Source of the DNA: Propionibacteriales bacterium
Lineage (GTDB): Bacteria; Actinomycetota; Actinomycetes; Propionibacteriales; Nocardioidaceae
Direction: 5' to 3'
NCBI GenBank assembly: GCA_026392465.1
Contig: JAPLCA010000008.1
Location: 232,194 to 296,193, forward strand
DNA length: 64,000 nucleotides
Shown here: piece after piece, positions 1 through 7,842 of the stretch
How the letters are laid out: every line of letters begins with the position of its first letter
Position numbering within the stretch: position 1 is the first letter of the stretch
Made by a program: the position numbers and the translations under genes
Notes under the pieces: model-generated
What the model was told of the DNA's origin: nothing
The model's input: the letters and a program-made list of their open reading frames with translations, nothing else
Databases searched by the model: none

Positions 1-142
1 CTACCGCACGCTCGCGTCGGCCACCGGCAACGGCCCGTGGATCGACTCCTACATCTGCGGCCTGTTCGACTCCTCCGGCAGCCCCGAGCTGCGCAACGAC
101 GTCGTCCGGGACTGCAAGCCGAGGAAGGGAGGGGGCCAGTGA
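1..142 (+). CDS. C-terminal fragment of an upstream Mce-family protein (5' end outside window)
   Basis: Frame 2 reads ...YRTLASATGNGPWIDSYICGLFDSSGSPELRNDVVRDCKPRKGGGQ*. The TGA at 140-142 overlaps the GTG at 139 of the next Mce gene. The call rests on operon context only. Confidence 0.45.
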   Translation, partial: YRTLASATGNGPWIDSYICGLFDSSGSPELRNDVVRDCKPRKGGGQ

Positions 143-1140
143 GACGCCGCAGCCTCGTGCTCGCCGTCGTCGTGGCGCTCGCCGTCGTGGCCACCGTCGG
201 CTGGCGCGCCACCGCCGACCGCGACCGCACCACCGTCAAGGCCGTCTTCGAGTCCAGCGTCGGCCTGTACGTCGGCTCCGACGTGCAGATGCTGGGCGTG
301 CCGGTCGGCAAGGTCACCGGCGTCGACCCCGGCCCCGCCGGCGTCACCGTGACGATGCGCCTCGACCACGGCGAGGCGGCCGCCGCCGACACCGCCGCGG
401 TCATCGTCGCACCCACGCTCGTGTCCGACCGGTTCGTGCAGCTGACGAAGCCGCACGTCTCCGGCCCGGAGCTGAAGGACGGCTCGGTGCTGCCCATCGA
501 CCGCACCGCCGTGCCCGTCGAGATCGACGACCTCTACGCCAGCCTCACCGACGTCAGCGAGAAGCTCGGCCCCGACGGCGCCAACCGCGACGGTGCGCTG
601 TCGCGCTTCCTCGACGTCGCCGACCGCAACCTGCGCGGCCAGGGCACCAAGATCAACCAGCTCATCAGCGACTTCGGCGACGCGTCGGGCACGCTCGCCG
701 ACTCCAGCGACGACCTCTTCGCGACGATCGGCAACGTCAAGGAGTTCAACGACATGCTGGTGGAGAACGACACGTCGGTCGCCAACGTCAACCGGCAGTT
801 CGCCGAGGTCAACGACTACCTCGCCGACAGCAGCGGAGACCTCGCCGCCGCGATCGACAACCTGGGCCAGGCGCTCGCGATCGTCGACGACTTCATCCGC
901 GACAACCGCGGCGCGCTGCGCACCAGCGTCGAGAACCTGCAGGGTCCGACGCGGGTGCTCGTCAACCAGCGGCAGGCGCTGGAGGAGACGGTGCGCCTCG
1001 TGCCGCTGGTCCTGCAGAACTTCCTGCGCGCCTACGACCCCCAGCGCAAGGCCCTGACCGGCCGCGGCAACCTCAACGAGGCGTCCATCTGGGCGCCCGG
1101 TGGCGACGCGCCCACCCTCCTGCCGGGGACGAACCGATGA
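139..1140 (+). CDS. Mce-family protein (MceD-like, MlaD-type domain)
   Basis: Same frame as track ORF 37..1140, with the start moved to GTG 139 (GTGA overlap). N-terminal TM LVLAVVVALAVVATVGW is followed by the MlaD/MCE core KAVFESSVGLYVGSDVQMLGVPVGKVTGVDP and a long helical C-terminus. Confidence 0.85.
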   Translation: MRRRSLVLAVVVALAVVATVGWRATADRDRTTVKAVFESSVGLYVGSDVQMLGVPVGKVTGVDPGPAGVTVTMRLDHGEAAAADTAAVIVAPTLVSDRFVQLTKPHVSGPELKDGSVLPIDRTAVPVEIDDLYASLTDVSEKLGPDGANRDGALSRFLDVADRNLRGQGTKINQLISDFGDASGTLADSSDDLFATIGNVKEFNDMLVENDTSVANVNRQFAEVNDYLADSSGDLAAAIDNLGQALAIVDDFIRDNRGALRTSVENLQGPTRVLVNQRQALEETVRLVPLVLQNFLRAYDPQRKALTGRGNLNEASIWAPGGDAPTLLPGTNR

Positions 1141-2468
1141 GGCGCCTCACGCGCCGGCTCGCGGTCGCCGTCGCGGCGGCCGGGCTCGCCACGCTCTCGG
1201 GCTGCGGCATGCTCAGCGGGGGCGTCTACGACACACCCCTGCCGGGCGGTGCCGACGTCGGCTCCCGGCCGATGCACATCACCGCCGACTTCGACGACGT
1301 GCTCGACCTCGTGCCGCAGTCGAGCGTCAAGGTCGACGACGTCGCCGTGGGACGGGTCGACCGCATCCGGCTCAACCCCGACGGCCGCAGCGCGCGGGTG
1401 ACCCTGCTGGTCAACCGCGACGCCCAGCTGCCGGCCGGGACCGTCGCCCGGCTCGAGCAGACGTCGCTGCTCGGCGAGAAGTACGTCGCCCTCGTGCGGC
1501 CCGAGACACCGCAGGCCGGTGCTCCCGTCGGCGACGGCACGCGGCTCGGCCTGGCCGACACGTCGCAGGCCGCGGAGGTCGAGCAGGTGCTGGGCTCGCT
1601 GTCGATGGTGCTGAACGGCGGTGGCATCGGCCAGTTCCAGGAGATCTCCCGCGAGCTGCAGCAGGTCTCGACGGGTCGCCCCGAGGAGATCCGCGCGTTC
1701 CTGCGGCAGATGGACCAGTTCGTCACGACGCTCGACGACCGCAAGGAGTCGATCACCGCGGCGCTCGACGGGCTCAACCGGCTGTCGAAGAACCTCCAGG
1801 CCGACCAGGACAAGATCGCGAACGCCCTCGACGGGCTGTCGCCCGGCATGCAGGTGCTCGTCGACCAGCGCAAGCAGCTGGTGGCCATGCTGTCGTCGCT
1901 GGACCGGCTGTCGACGGTCACGGTCGACGTGCTCGACAGGAGCCAGGACGACATCGTCGCCGACCTGAAGGCGCTCGACCCGATCCTCGACCAGCTCGCC
2001 CGCTCCGGCCGCGACCTGCCCGAGTCGCTCGAGATCCTGCTGACCTACCCGTTCCCCGACTCCGTGCTCGGAGCCATCAAGGGCGACTACCTGAACGTCT
2101 TCGTCGAGACCAACTTCCGCACCCTCCCGGCCGGCTGCCAGGCCGCCGGCTGCGCGTGGCCGCAGGTCGAGGACCCGAACTACCCCAAGGGTGGTTCCGT
2201 CAGCGGCCAGGGGAAGGCCCTCGACCCGCAGCAGCTCCTCCAGCGCCAGCGCGACGCCGCCAAGGACGGTGACAGCGACGACCAGGAGCTCGACGAGGCG
2301 CCGCCGAGCCTGCTGCCGCCGACGTCGTCGCCGGCCCCGGGCTCCCCGAGGCCGTCGATGCCGGTGCCGAGCGCCACCGTGCCCACCCCGGACCGCACGC
2401 CCACCCCGTCGCCCTCGGCGTCGTCGTCGGCCACGCCGTCCACCAGCCCGCGAGAGGGTGAGCAGTGA
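1137..2468 (+). CDS. Mce-family lipoprotein (MceE/LprN-like)
   Basis: Lipobox ATLSGC. MCE core ITADFDDVLDLVPQSSVKVDDVAVGRVDRIRL. Pro/Ser/Thr-rich C-terminal tail. ATGA overlap with the upstream gene. Confidence 0.85.
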   Translation: MRRLTRRLAVAVAAAGLATLSGCGMLSGGVYDTPLPGGADVGSRPMHITADFDDVLDLVPQSSVKVDDVAVGRVDRIRLNPDGRSARVTLLVNRDAQLPAGTVARLEQTSLLGEKYVALVRPETPQAGAPVGDGTRLGLADTSQAAEVEQVLGSLSMVLNGGGIGQFQEISRELQQVSTGRPEEIRAFLRQMDQFVTTLDDRKESITAALDGLNRLSKNLQADQDKIANALDGLSPGMQVLVDQRKQLVAMLSSLDRLSTVTVDVLDRSQDDIVADLKALDPILDQLARSGRDLPESLEILLTYPFPDSVLGAIKGDYLNVFVETNFRTLPAGCQAAGCAWPQVEDPNYPKGGSVSGQGKALDPQQLLQRQRDAAKDGDSDDQELDEAPPSLLPPTSSPAPGSPRPSMPVPSATVPTPDRTPTPSPSASSSATPSTSPREGEQ

Positions 2469-3661
2469 TGCTGACCGGACGCATCAAGGCGCAGATCGTG
2501 GCGTTCGTGGTCCTCGGGCTGCTCGCCACCTCCTACCTCGGCCTCAAGTACGTCGGCCTCGACCCGTTCTCGACGGGCTACACGGTGACGGCCACGCTGC
2601 CCGCCGCGGGAGGGGCGTTCGAGAACGGGCAGGTCACCTACCGTGGCGTGCCCGTCGGGCGCATCGACAAGCTCGACCCGACCGACGACGGCGTCCGGAT
2701 CACGATGTCCATCGAGGGTGGCGCGCCGCGCATCCCGGCGGACGCCAGCCCCAAGGTGGTCAACCGCTCCGCCATCGGCGAGCAGTACGTCGACCTGCAG
2801 GGCGGGACGGCCGGCGGCGCGGCGCTGAAGAACGGTGACCGGCTGAGCGCCGGGGCCGAGTCCCAGCCGCCGGACATCGACACGCTGCTGCGGTCGGGGG
2901 AGAAGTTCGTCGGCTCGGTGCCGAAGGAGGCGCTCACGTCGGTCATCGACGAGGGCTACGACGCGACGCAGGGGGTGGCGCTCGACTTCGGCTCGCTGCT
3001 GGAGAGCTCCCAGCGGTTCCAGAAGGCCGCCGACCGCAACTTCGTGGTCACCCGCGGTCTCATCGAGAACTCCGACCGGGTGCTGCGGACGCAGGAGGCG
3101 TCGTCGCAGAGCATCCGCTCGTTCAGCGCGGACCTGTCGACCATCGCCGCGACGCTCGAGTCGTCCGACGGCGACCTGCGCACCCTCATCGACAACACCC
3201 CGGCGGCGGCGCGCGAGATCGACACCCTCTTCCAGGAGGTGGGCCGCCCTCTCGGCGTCGTGCTCGCCAACCTGGTCACGCCGGCGCAGGTGTTCGGCAT
3301 CAACGCGAACGGTGTCCAGGACGCGCTGGTCACCGCGCCGAGGGCGTTCAGCATCGGCTGGACGATCACGGGCTCCCGGGGGATCAACCTCGCCCTCTCG
3401 CAGTCCTACTTCTCCCCGCTGCCGTGCACGACGGGCTACGGCGGCACGACCCCACGTCGCGGCACGGACACGTCGTCGGGTCAGTCGTTCAACCGCGACG
3501 CGGGCTGCCGCTCGGGCGCCGGGTCGTCGAACGTCCGAGGCCCGAAGAACGTCCCCAGCCGGTTGGGTCCCGCGCCCCGCCGCGACGCCGAGGGCCGGCT
3601 CGTGCGCGCCGACGTCCGCATGGCCGACTCGCTGGCCGACCTGATGGGTGGTGCACGATGA
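2465..3661 (+). CDS. Mce-family protein (MceF-like)
   Basis: Start is GTG 2465 or ATG 2468, overlapping the upstream stop. N-terminal TM IVAFVVLGLLATSYLGL. MCE core VTATLPAAGGAFENGQVTYRGVPVGRIDKL. Confidence 0.85.
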   Translation: MMLTGRIKAQIVAFVVLGLLATSYLGLKYVGLDPFSTGYTVTATLPAAGGAFENGQVTYRGVPVGRIDKLDPTDDGVRITMSIEGGAPRIPADASPKVVNRSAIGEQYVDLQGGTAGGAALKNGDRLSAGAESQPPDIDTLLRSGEKFVGSVPKEALTSVIDEGYDATQGVALDFGSLLESSQRFQKAADRNFVVTRGLIENSDRVLRTQEASSQSIRSFSADLSTIAATLESSDGDLRTLIDNTPAAAREIDTLFQEVGRPLGVVLANLVTPAQVFGINANGVQDALVTAPRAFSIGWTITGSRGINLALSQSYFSPLPCTTGYGGTTPRRGTDTSSGQSFNRDAGCRSGAGSSNVRGPKNVPSRLGPAPRRDAEGRLVRADVRMADSLADLMGGAR

Positions 3662-4284
3662 GCAGGACGACTGCGCTGGCCGAGCGTGGCAGCACGGGGG
3701 GAGACGGTGCCATGGAGGGGGCGACGAGCGACGCCGAGGTGCCCGACGGCGGTGGTCCGCCGACGTCGGACGAGCAGCCGCGAGGTCGCTGGCTGCTGGG
3801 CTGGGTGCTGCTCGCCGTGTCCCTCGCCGTCGCGGTGAGCGGCTCCGTGGCCTGGTGGAGCGCCGCGCACAGCGACGACCTGCAGCTGGCCCGCACGCGC
3901 GACGCCGTGCTCATCCGCGCCACCAGCGACATCGCCACGCTCAACAGCCTCGACTCCGCCGACGTGAAGGCCGGGCTCGACAGCTGGAAGGCGGTCACCA
4001 CCGGCACCCTGCACGACCAGTTCTCGGGGCTGGACGAGCAGGACCGCCAGCTCCTCGCCGACCAGGGCAAGGAGTCGCGCGGCAAGGTCGTCGACGCCGC
4101 CGTCCTCGACGTCGACGGCGACACCGCGGAGGTGATCGCGTCGGTCGAGACGACGGTGCGGGACGCGAAGGACGCCGACGCGGAGCCCGTCGTCAAGCGC
4201 AACCGGTTCACGGCGACCCTCGTCCGCTCGGGCGGGACGTGGAAGGTCAGCGACCTCCAGCAGCTCGCGGTGGAGCTCTCGTGA
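3658..4284 (+). CDS. Mce-associated membrane protein (Mas-like)
   Basis: ATG 3658 overlaps the MceF-like stop (ATGA). It has an acidic N-terminus, a single TM WLLGWVLLAVSLAVAVSGSVAWW and an NTF2-like C-terminal region. Its position directly after mceF is typical of Mas proteins. Confidence 0.7.
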   Translation: MSRTTALAERGSTGGDGAMEGATSDAEVPDGGGPPTSDEQPRGRWLLGWVLLAVSLAVAVSGSVAWWSAAHSDDLQLARTRDAVLIRATSDIATLNSLDSADVKAGLDSWKAVTTGTLHDQFSGLDEQDRQLLADQGKESRGKVVDAAVLDVDGDTAEVIASVETTVRDAKDADAEPVVKRNRFTATLVRSGGTWKVSDLQQLAVELS

Positions 4285-4787
4285 GGGGCGCGAGGCGGGC
4301 GGCCGTGGTCGTCGTGTCGCTGCTGGCCCTCGTCGCCGGCGGAGTCGGCTGGTGGCAGTACGTCGACCTCACGTCGGGTCCGGCCGCCGCCAACCGCGCG
4401 CTCGTCGACGCGAAGGAGACGTCGCAGGTGCAGTCGCAGGTGGCCGTCGCGCTCGAGCGCGTGCTCACCTACGACTACGCGGACCCGACGCCCACGGAGC
4501 AGTCCGCCGACGCCCTGCTCGCCGGCAAGGCCCGTCAGGAGTACGACACCCTGTTCGCCGCGCTGCAGAAGCAGGCCCCCGGCCAGAAGCTGGTACTCAC
4601 GGCGAAGGTCAGCACGGCCGGGGTGACCGAGCTGGAGGGCGACCATGCGGAGCTGCTGGTGTACGTGGACCAGTCCAGCCGTCGCGCAGGCGAGGACCAG
4701 GCCAACGTCTCCGCCGCGCAGCTGTCGGTGACGGCGAAGAAGTCGTCCGCAGGCACCTGGCAGGTCACCGGCCTGCGCCCCCTCTGA
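4281..4787 (+). CDS. Mce-associated membrane protein (second Mas-like paralog)
   Basis: GTG 4281 overlaps the upstream stop (GTGA). Single TM AAVVVVSLLALVAGGVGWW. The C-terminal region resembles the preceding gene (…VLTYDYADPT…, …AELLVYVDQ…). Confidence 0.65.
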   Translation: MRGARRAAVVVVSLLALVAGGVGWWQYVDLTSGPAAANRALVDAKETSQVQSQVAVALERVLTYDYADPTPTEQSADALLAGKARQEYDTLFAALQKQAPGQKLVLTAKVSTAGVTELEGDHAELLVYVDQSSRRAGEDQANVSAAQLSVTAKKSSAGTWQVTGLRPL

Positions 4788-4809
4788 CCCCTGCCGCCGG
4801 GGGTCGAGT

Positions 4810-4905
4810 CGCGCTGGGCTGTTGCCGGGTGGTCTCGATACGCGGAACGGAGCTCCTTCGTCGCCCGTTCCGCTACTCGACCAGCGGAGGGTCTCGCTGG
4901 TCGAG
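4810..4905. repeat. Interspersed intergenic repeat, family A (modules A1 + A2)
   Basis: A1 cgcgctgggctgttgccgggtggtctcgatacgc spans 4810-4843. The A2 hairpin ctactcgaccagcg-N8-cgctggtcgag spans 4873-4905. Both modules recur several times at 36702-37120. Confidence 0.8.
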
Positions 4906-4991
4906 TCGTCGATGCCGGACAGTCGGTGGGCTCGACGCAGGGAGAGCGGCGGGTGGGGCAGACTGGGCGTGGTCGAGAAGAGGGAGCACCG

Positions 4992-6023
4992 ATGGCCGAC
5001 ATCACCCGACGTCCGTTCCTGAACCACCTGCGGTCGGACCCGACGTCGTTCGTGCTGAAGCTCAAGGACGGCAAGGTCACGAAGTCCGGGGCGGGCGTGT
5101 CGTTCTGGTTCCGCCCCAGTACCGCCGCGCTGGCGGAGGTGCCGCTGGAGGACCGCGAGCAGGTGCTGCAGTTCACCGCGCGCACCAGCGACTTCCAGGT
5201 GGTGTCGGTGCAGGCCACCGTCACCTACCGCGTCGTCGACCCGGCCGTCGCCGCCACCCGCATCGACTTCGGCATCGACCCGCGCAGCGGCGACTGGAAC
5301 GCCCGCCCGTTGGAGCGGCTCGGCGGTCTGCTGACCGAGCTCGCCCAGCAGCCGGCGCTCGACCACCTCGCGGGCACCTCGCTGACCGACGCGCTCGCCC
5401 ACGGCATCGCGCCCGTGCGCCAGCGGGTCGCCGACGAGCTCGCCGGCGACCAGCGGCTCGTCGAGCGAGGCCTGGCCGTCACCGACGTCCGGGTCGTCGC
5501 GATCCGCGCGGAGGCGGACCTCGAGCGGGCCCTGCAGACCCCGACGCGCGAGGCCGTGCAGCAGCAGGCCGACCGCGCCACCTTCGAGCGGCGTGCCGTC
5601 GCGGTCGAGAAGGAGCGCGCGATCGCCGAGAACGAGCTGACCAACCAGATCGAGCTGGCGCGCCGCGAGGAGGAGCTGGTCACCCAGCGCGGACAGAACG
5701 AGCGTCGTCGGGCGACCGAGCAGGCGGAGGCCGAGCGGATCGCGGCGGCGGCACGCGCCGAGCGGGAGGGTCTGCTGGCACGCGCCGAGGCCGACCGCGC
5801 CCGCACCGTCGGCGAGGCGAAGGCAGCCGCCGAGGCGGCGGCGTTCGCGTCGTACGCCGAGATCGACCAGGGTCGGATCCTCGCGATCGCCGCACGCGAG
5901 CTCGCGGCGAACCTGCCGCCCCTCACGCACCTCTCCCTCACGCCCGACCTGCTCGCGCCGCTGCTGGAGAAGCTGGGCGACGCCGGTGCGGCAGGCGACC
6001 AGGAGGCCGGTCCGACGCGATGA
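4992..6023 (+). CDS. SPFH/band-7 domain protein with C-terminal coiled coil
   Basis: ATG 4992 is preceded by gagaagaggga. The SPFH-like core is VLQFTARTSDFQVVSVQATVTYRVVDP. A long E/A/R-rich helical region follows (ERRAVAVEKERAIAENELTNQIELARREEELV…). I saw no N-terminal TM. Confidence 0.75.
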   Translation: MADITRRPFLNHLRSDPTSFVLKLKDGKVTKSGAGVSFWFRPSTAALAEVPLEDREQVLQFTARTSDFQVVSVQATVTYRVVDPAVAATRIDFGIDPRSGDWNARPLERLGGLLTELAQQPALDHLAGTSLTDALAHGIAPVRQRVADELAGDQRLVERGLAVTDVRVVAIRAEADLERALQTPTREAVQQQADRATFERRAVAVEKERAIAENELTNQIELARREEELVTQRGQNERRRATEQAEAERIAAAARAEREGLLARAEADRARTVGEAKAAAEAAAFASYAEIDQGRILAIAARELAANLPPLTHLSLTPDLLAPLLEKLGDAGAAGDQEAGPTR

Positions 6024-6910
6024 CGTTGCGGCCGCGGGCCGTCGTCGTCCACCGACGGTCCGAGTACGAGGAGCTGGTCGCCCGGCACGCCACGCGCGAC
6101 CAGGCCGCCTTCTTCCTGTGCACCCGCGACCGTGACATCGCCGAGGTCGAGCAGCGTCACGAGGCGCTCGCGCGGGCGCGCGCCGTCGTGTCCGCGGCGA
6201 TCCCGATGCACTGGCGGCGGGCCGAGGTCGAGCGCTCCGAGCTCGACCGCTTCGTGTTCGGGCCGGAGGACGTGGTCGTCGCGGTGGGCCAGGACGGGCT
6301 CGTCGCCAACGTCGCGAAGTACCTGGACGGCCAGCCGGTGGTCGGTGTCGACCCGGAGCGCGGCCGCAACCCCGGGGTGCTCGTGCCGCACGCGCCCCAG
6401 CAGGTGGTCGACGTGCTGGCCGGCGTCGAGCGGGACGACCGGCCGGTGCAGGAGCGGACGATGGTGCAGGCGCGCACCGACGACGGCCAGGAGCTGTCGG
6501 CGCTGAACGAGGTGTTCGTCGGCGACCCCGGCCACCAGTCGGCGCGCTACGTCCTCCGCGCGGGCGACCGGGTGGAGCGGCACTCCTCGTCGGGGATCCT
6601 CGTGGGGACGGGCACGGGTGCGACGGGCTGGCTGCGCTCGGCGTGGGAGGAGCGCCGCAGCGGCCTGGTGATGCCCGGCCCGACCGACCCGGGACTCTGC
6701 TGGTTCGTCCGCGAGGCGTGGCCGTCGCCCGCCACGGGCAACGAGGTCACGGAGGGTCTCGTGGGTGTCGACGCCTCGCTCGTCGTGACCGTGGAGTCCG
6801 ACGCGCTCGTCTGCTTCGGCGACGGGATCGAGGCCGACGCCCTGAGCGTCTCGTTCGGCCAGCGGTTGACGGTCGGGCTGGCCCCGCGTCGCCTGCGGCT
6901 CGTGGCCTGA
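6020..6910 (+). CDS. ATP-NAD kinase-like (NAD kinase/DAG-kinase fold) protein
   Basis: ATG 6020 overlaps the SPFH stop (ATGA). Motifs VVVAVGQDGLVANV (GDG-type), LSALNEVFVG (NE motif) and SSGILVGTGTGATGW (Gly-rich C-terminal motif) match the NAD kinase family layout. Confidence 0.65.
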   Translation: MTLRPRAVVVHRRSEYEELVARHATRDQAAFFLCTRDRDIAEVEQRHEALARARAVVSAAIPMHWRRAEVERSELDRFVFGPEDVVVAVGQDGLVANVAKYLDGQPVVGVDPERGRNPGVLVPHAPQQVVDVLAGVERDDRPVQERTMVQARTDDGQELSALNEVFVGDPGHQSARYVLRAGDRVERHSSSGILVGTGTGATGWLRSAWEERRSGLVMPGPTDPGLCWFVREAWPSPATGNEVTEGLVGVDASLVVTVESDALVCFGDGIEADALSVSFGQRLTVGLAPRRLRLVA

Positions 6911-6944
6911 CGCTCCCCGCGCGAGCGCCCGGCCCCGAGGAGGG

Positions 6945-7745
6945 TCAGGCGCCGACGCGCAGCACGGTGAGCGTGGAGCCGTCGGCGGCGGTCGCCGTCC
7001 CGGTGCCCAGGGCGGTCCAGCAGCGCAGCGACAGGTTCTGGTCCTGCGCGACGCCCGCGACGGCCTGCACGGGGACGACCGACCTGCCCCCGGCCGGGAC
7101 GGTCACGGTGCTGGTCGCGAGCGGCGCGCTGTCGCCGGTGCGCACGAGGCCGCACGTCACGTCGGTGCCGAACCTCGAGCCGACGGCCGCGGCGCCGGTG
7201 ACGAGGACGGTGCCGGCCTGGTCGGCCGGCACGGAGTAGCCGCGCATCTCCGTGGAGCTGGCCAGGACGACGCTCGTCGAGAGGGTCTGGCCGACGGCCG
7301 CGCCACCGTTGCCGGTGCCGGGCGTCCGTAGCAGCCGTCCGACGACGTCGGACGTCAGGTCCTGCGTGCCGAGGCTGCCGTCGGCGACCTCGCGTGTGCC
7401 GATGCTGCCGCGCGCGAGGTCCTGGCTGCCGATGCTGCCGTCGAGGATGACCTGCGTGGTCACGGCGTCGAGGGCGATCTTGGCGCCGGTGACGGACCGG
7501 TTGCGCAGGTCCTCCGAGCGCACCGAGCCGTTGACGAGCGCCTGCGTGCCCACCGAGTCCGGGCGCATCTTCGAGGCGCTGACGGCGCGGTCCGCGAGCT
7601 GGCGGTTGCCGATGCTGCCCGCCTTCGCGGCGGCGTAGGAGGTGCCGCCGAGCGACAGGAAGAGCGCGACGGTGGCCACGACGAGGGCGGCCGACGGTCG
7701 ACGCCGACGTCCCTCGGCGCAGTGGCAGGTGCAGGACGACGACAT
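6945..7745 (-). CDS. Hypothetical membrane-anchored/secreted protein with about nine tandem decapeptide repeats
   Basis: ATG 7745 lies within track ORF 6945..8150, and third-position GC is high. N-terminal anchor AALVVATVALFLSLGG. The repeat block is GSIGNRQLAD RAVSASKMRP DSVGTQALVN GSVRSEDLRN RSVTGAKIAL DAVTTQVILD GSIGSQDLAR GSIGTREVAD GSLGTQDLTS. A probably beta-rich C-terminal domain follows. Confidence 0.55.
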   Translation of the reverse strand: MSSSCTCHCAEGRRRRPSAALVVATVALFLSLGGTSYAAAKAGSIGNRQLADRAVSASKMRPDSVGTQALVNGSVRSEDLRNRSVTGAKIALDAVTTQVILDGSIGSQDLARGSIGTREVADGSLGTQDLTSDVVGRLLRTPGTGNGGAAVGQTLSTSVVLASSTEMRGYSVPADQAGTVLVTGAAAVGSRFGTDVTCGLVRTGDSAPLATSTVTVPAGGRSVVPVQAVAGVAQDQNLSLRCWTALGTGTATAADGSTLTVLRVGA

Positions 7746-7842
7746 GACGGACCTCGGGCGGGCGACGGATGGTGCGGCCAGCCTAGGCGAGGGGACGGCC
7801 CGGGCGTGGGCGTACGGGGACACCGCCCTCTCGACCGGGACG

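Noticed and set aside
2270-2468. The Pro/Ser/Thr-rich low-complexity tail of the MceE-like lipoprotein as a separate repeat feature or gene.
   Set aside because: It is continuous with the Mce frame. Such PT-rich linkers are common at the C-termini of actinobacterial Mce proteins, so it is not an independent element.
3489-5930. Very long alternative-frame or antisense ORFs in the track. Examples: 3489..5930(-) 813 aa, 4352..6910(+) 852 aa, 20057..22378(+) 773 aa, 22758..25028(-) 756 aa, 37153..38949(-) 598 aa, 7642..9423(+) 593 aa.
   Set aside because: They are Arg/Pro/Gly/Ala-rich and lack recognisable motifs. They overlap genes with clear family signatures on the other strand or frame. Stop-free shadow frames like these are expected in very high-GC DNA.
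4992-6910. The SPFH plus NAD-kinase-like pair as an anti-phage defence system.
   Set aside because: There is no nuclease, NADase, TIR, Sir2 or other effector signature. The composition matches the core genome, there are no flanking mobile genes, and the pair sits inside a lipid-metabolism neighbourhood. I kept it only as a moderate-interest gene pair.
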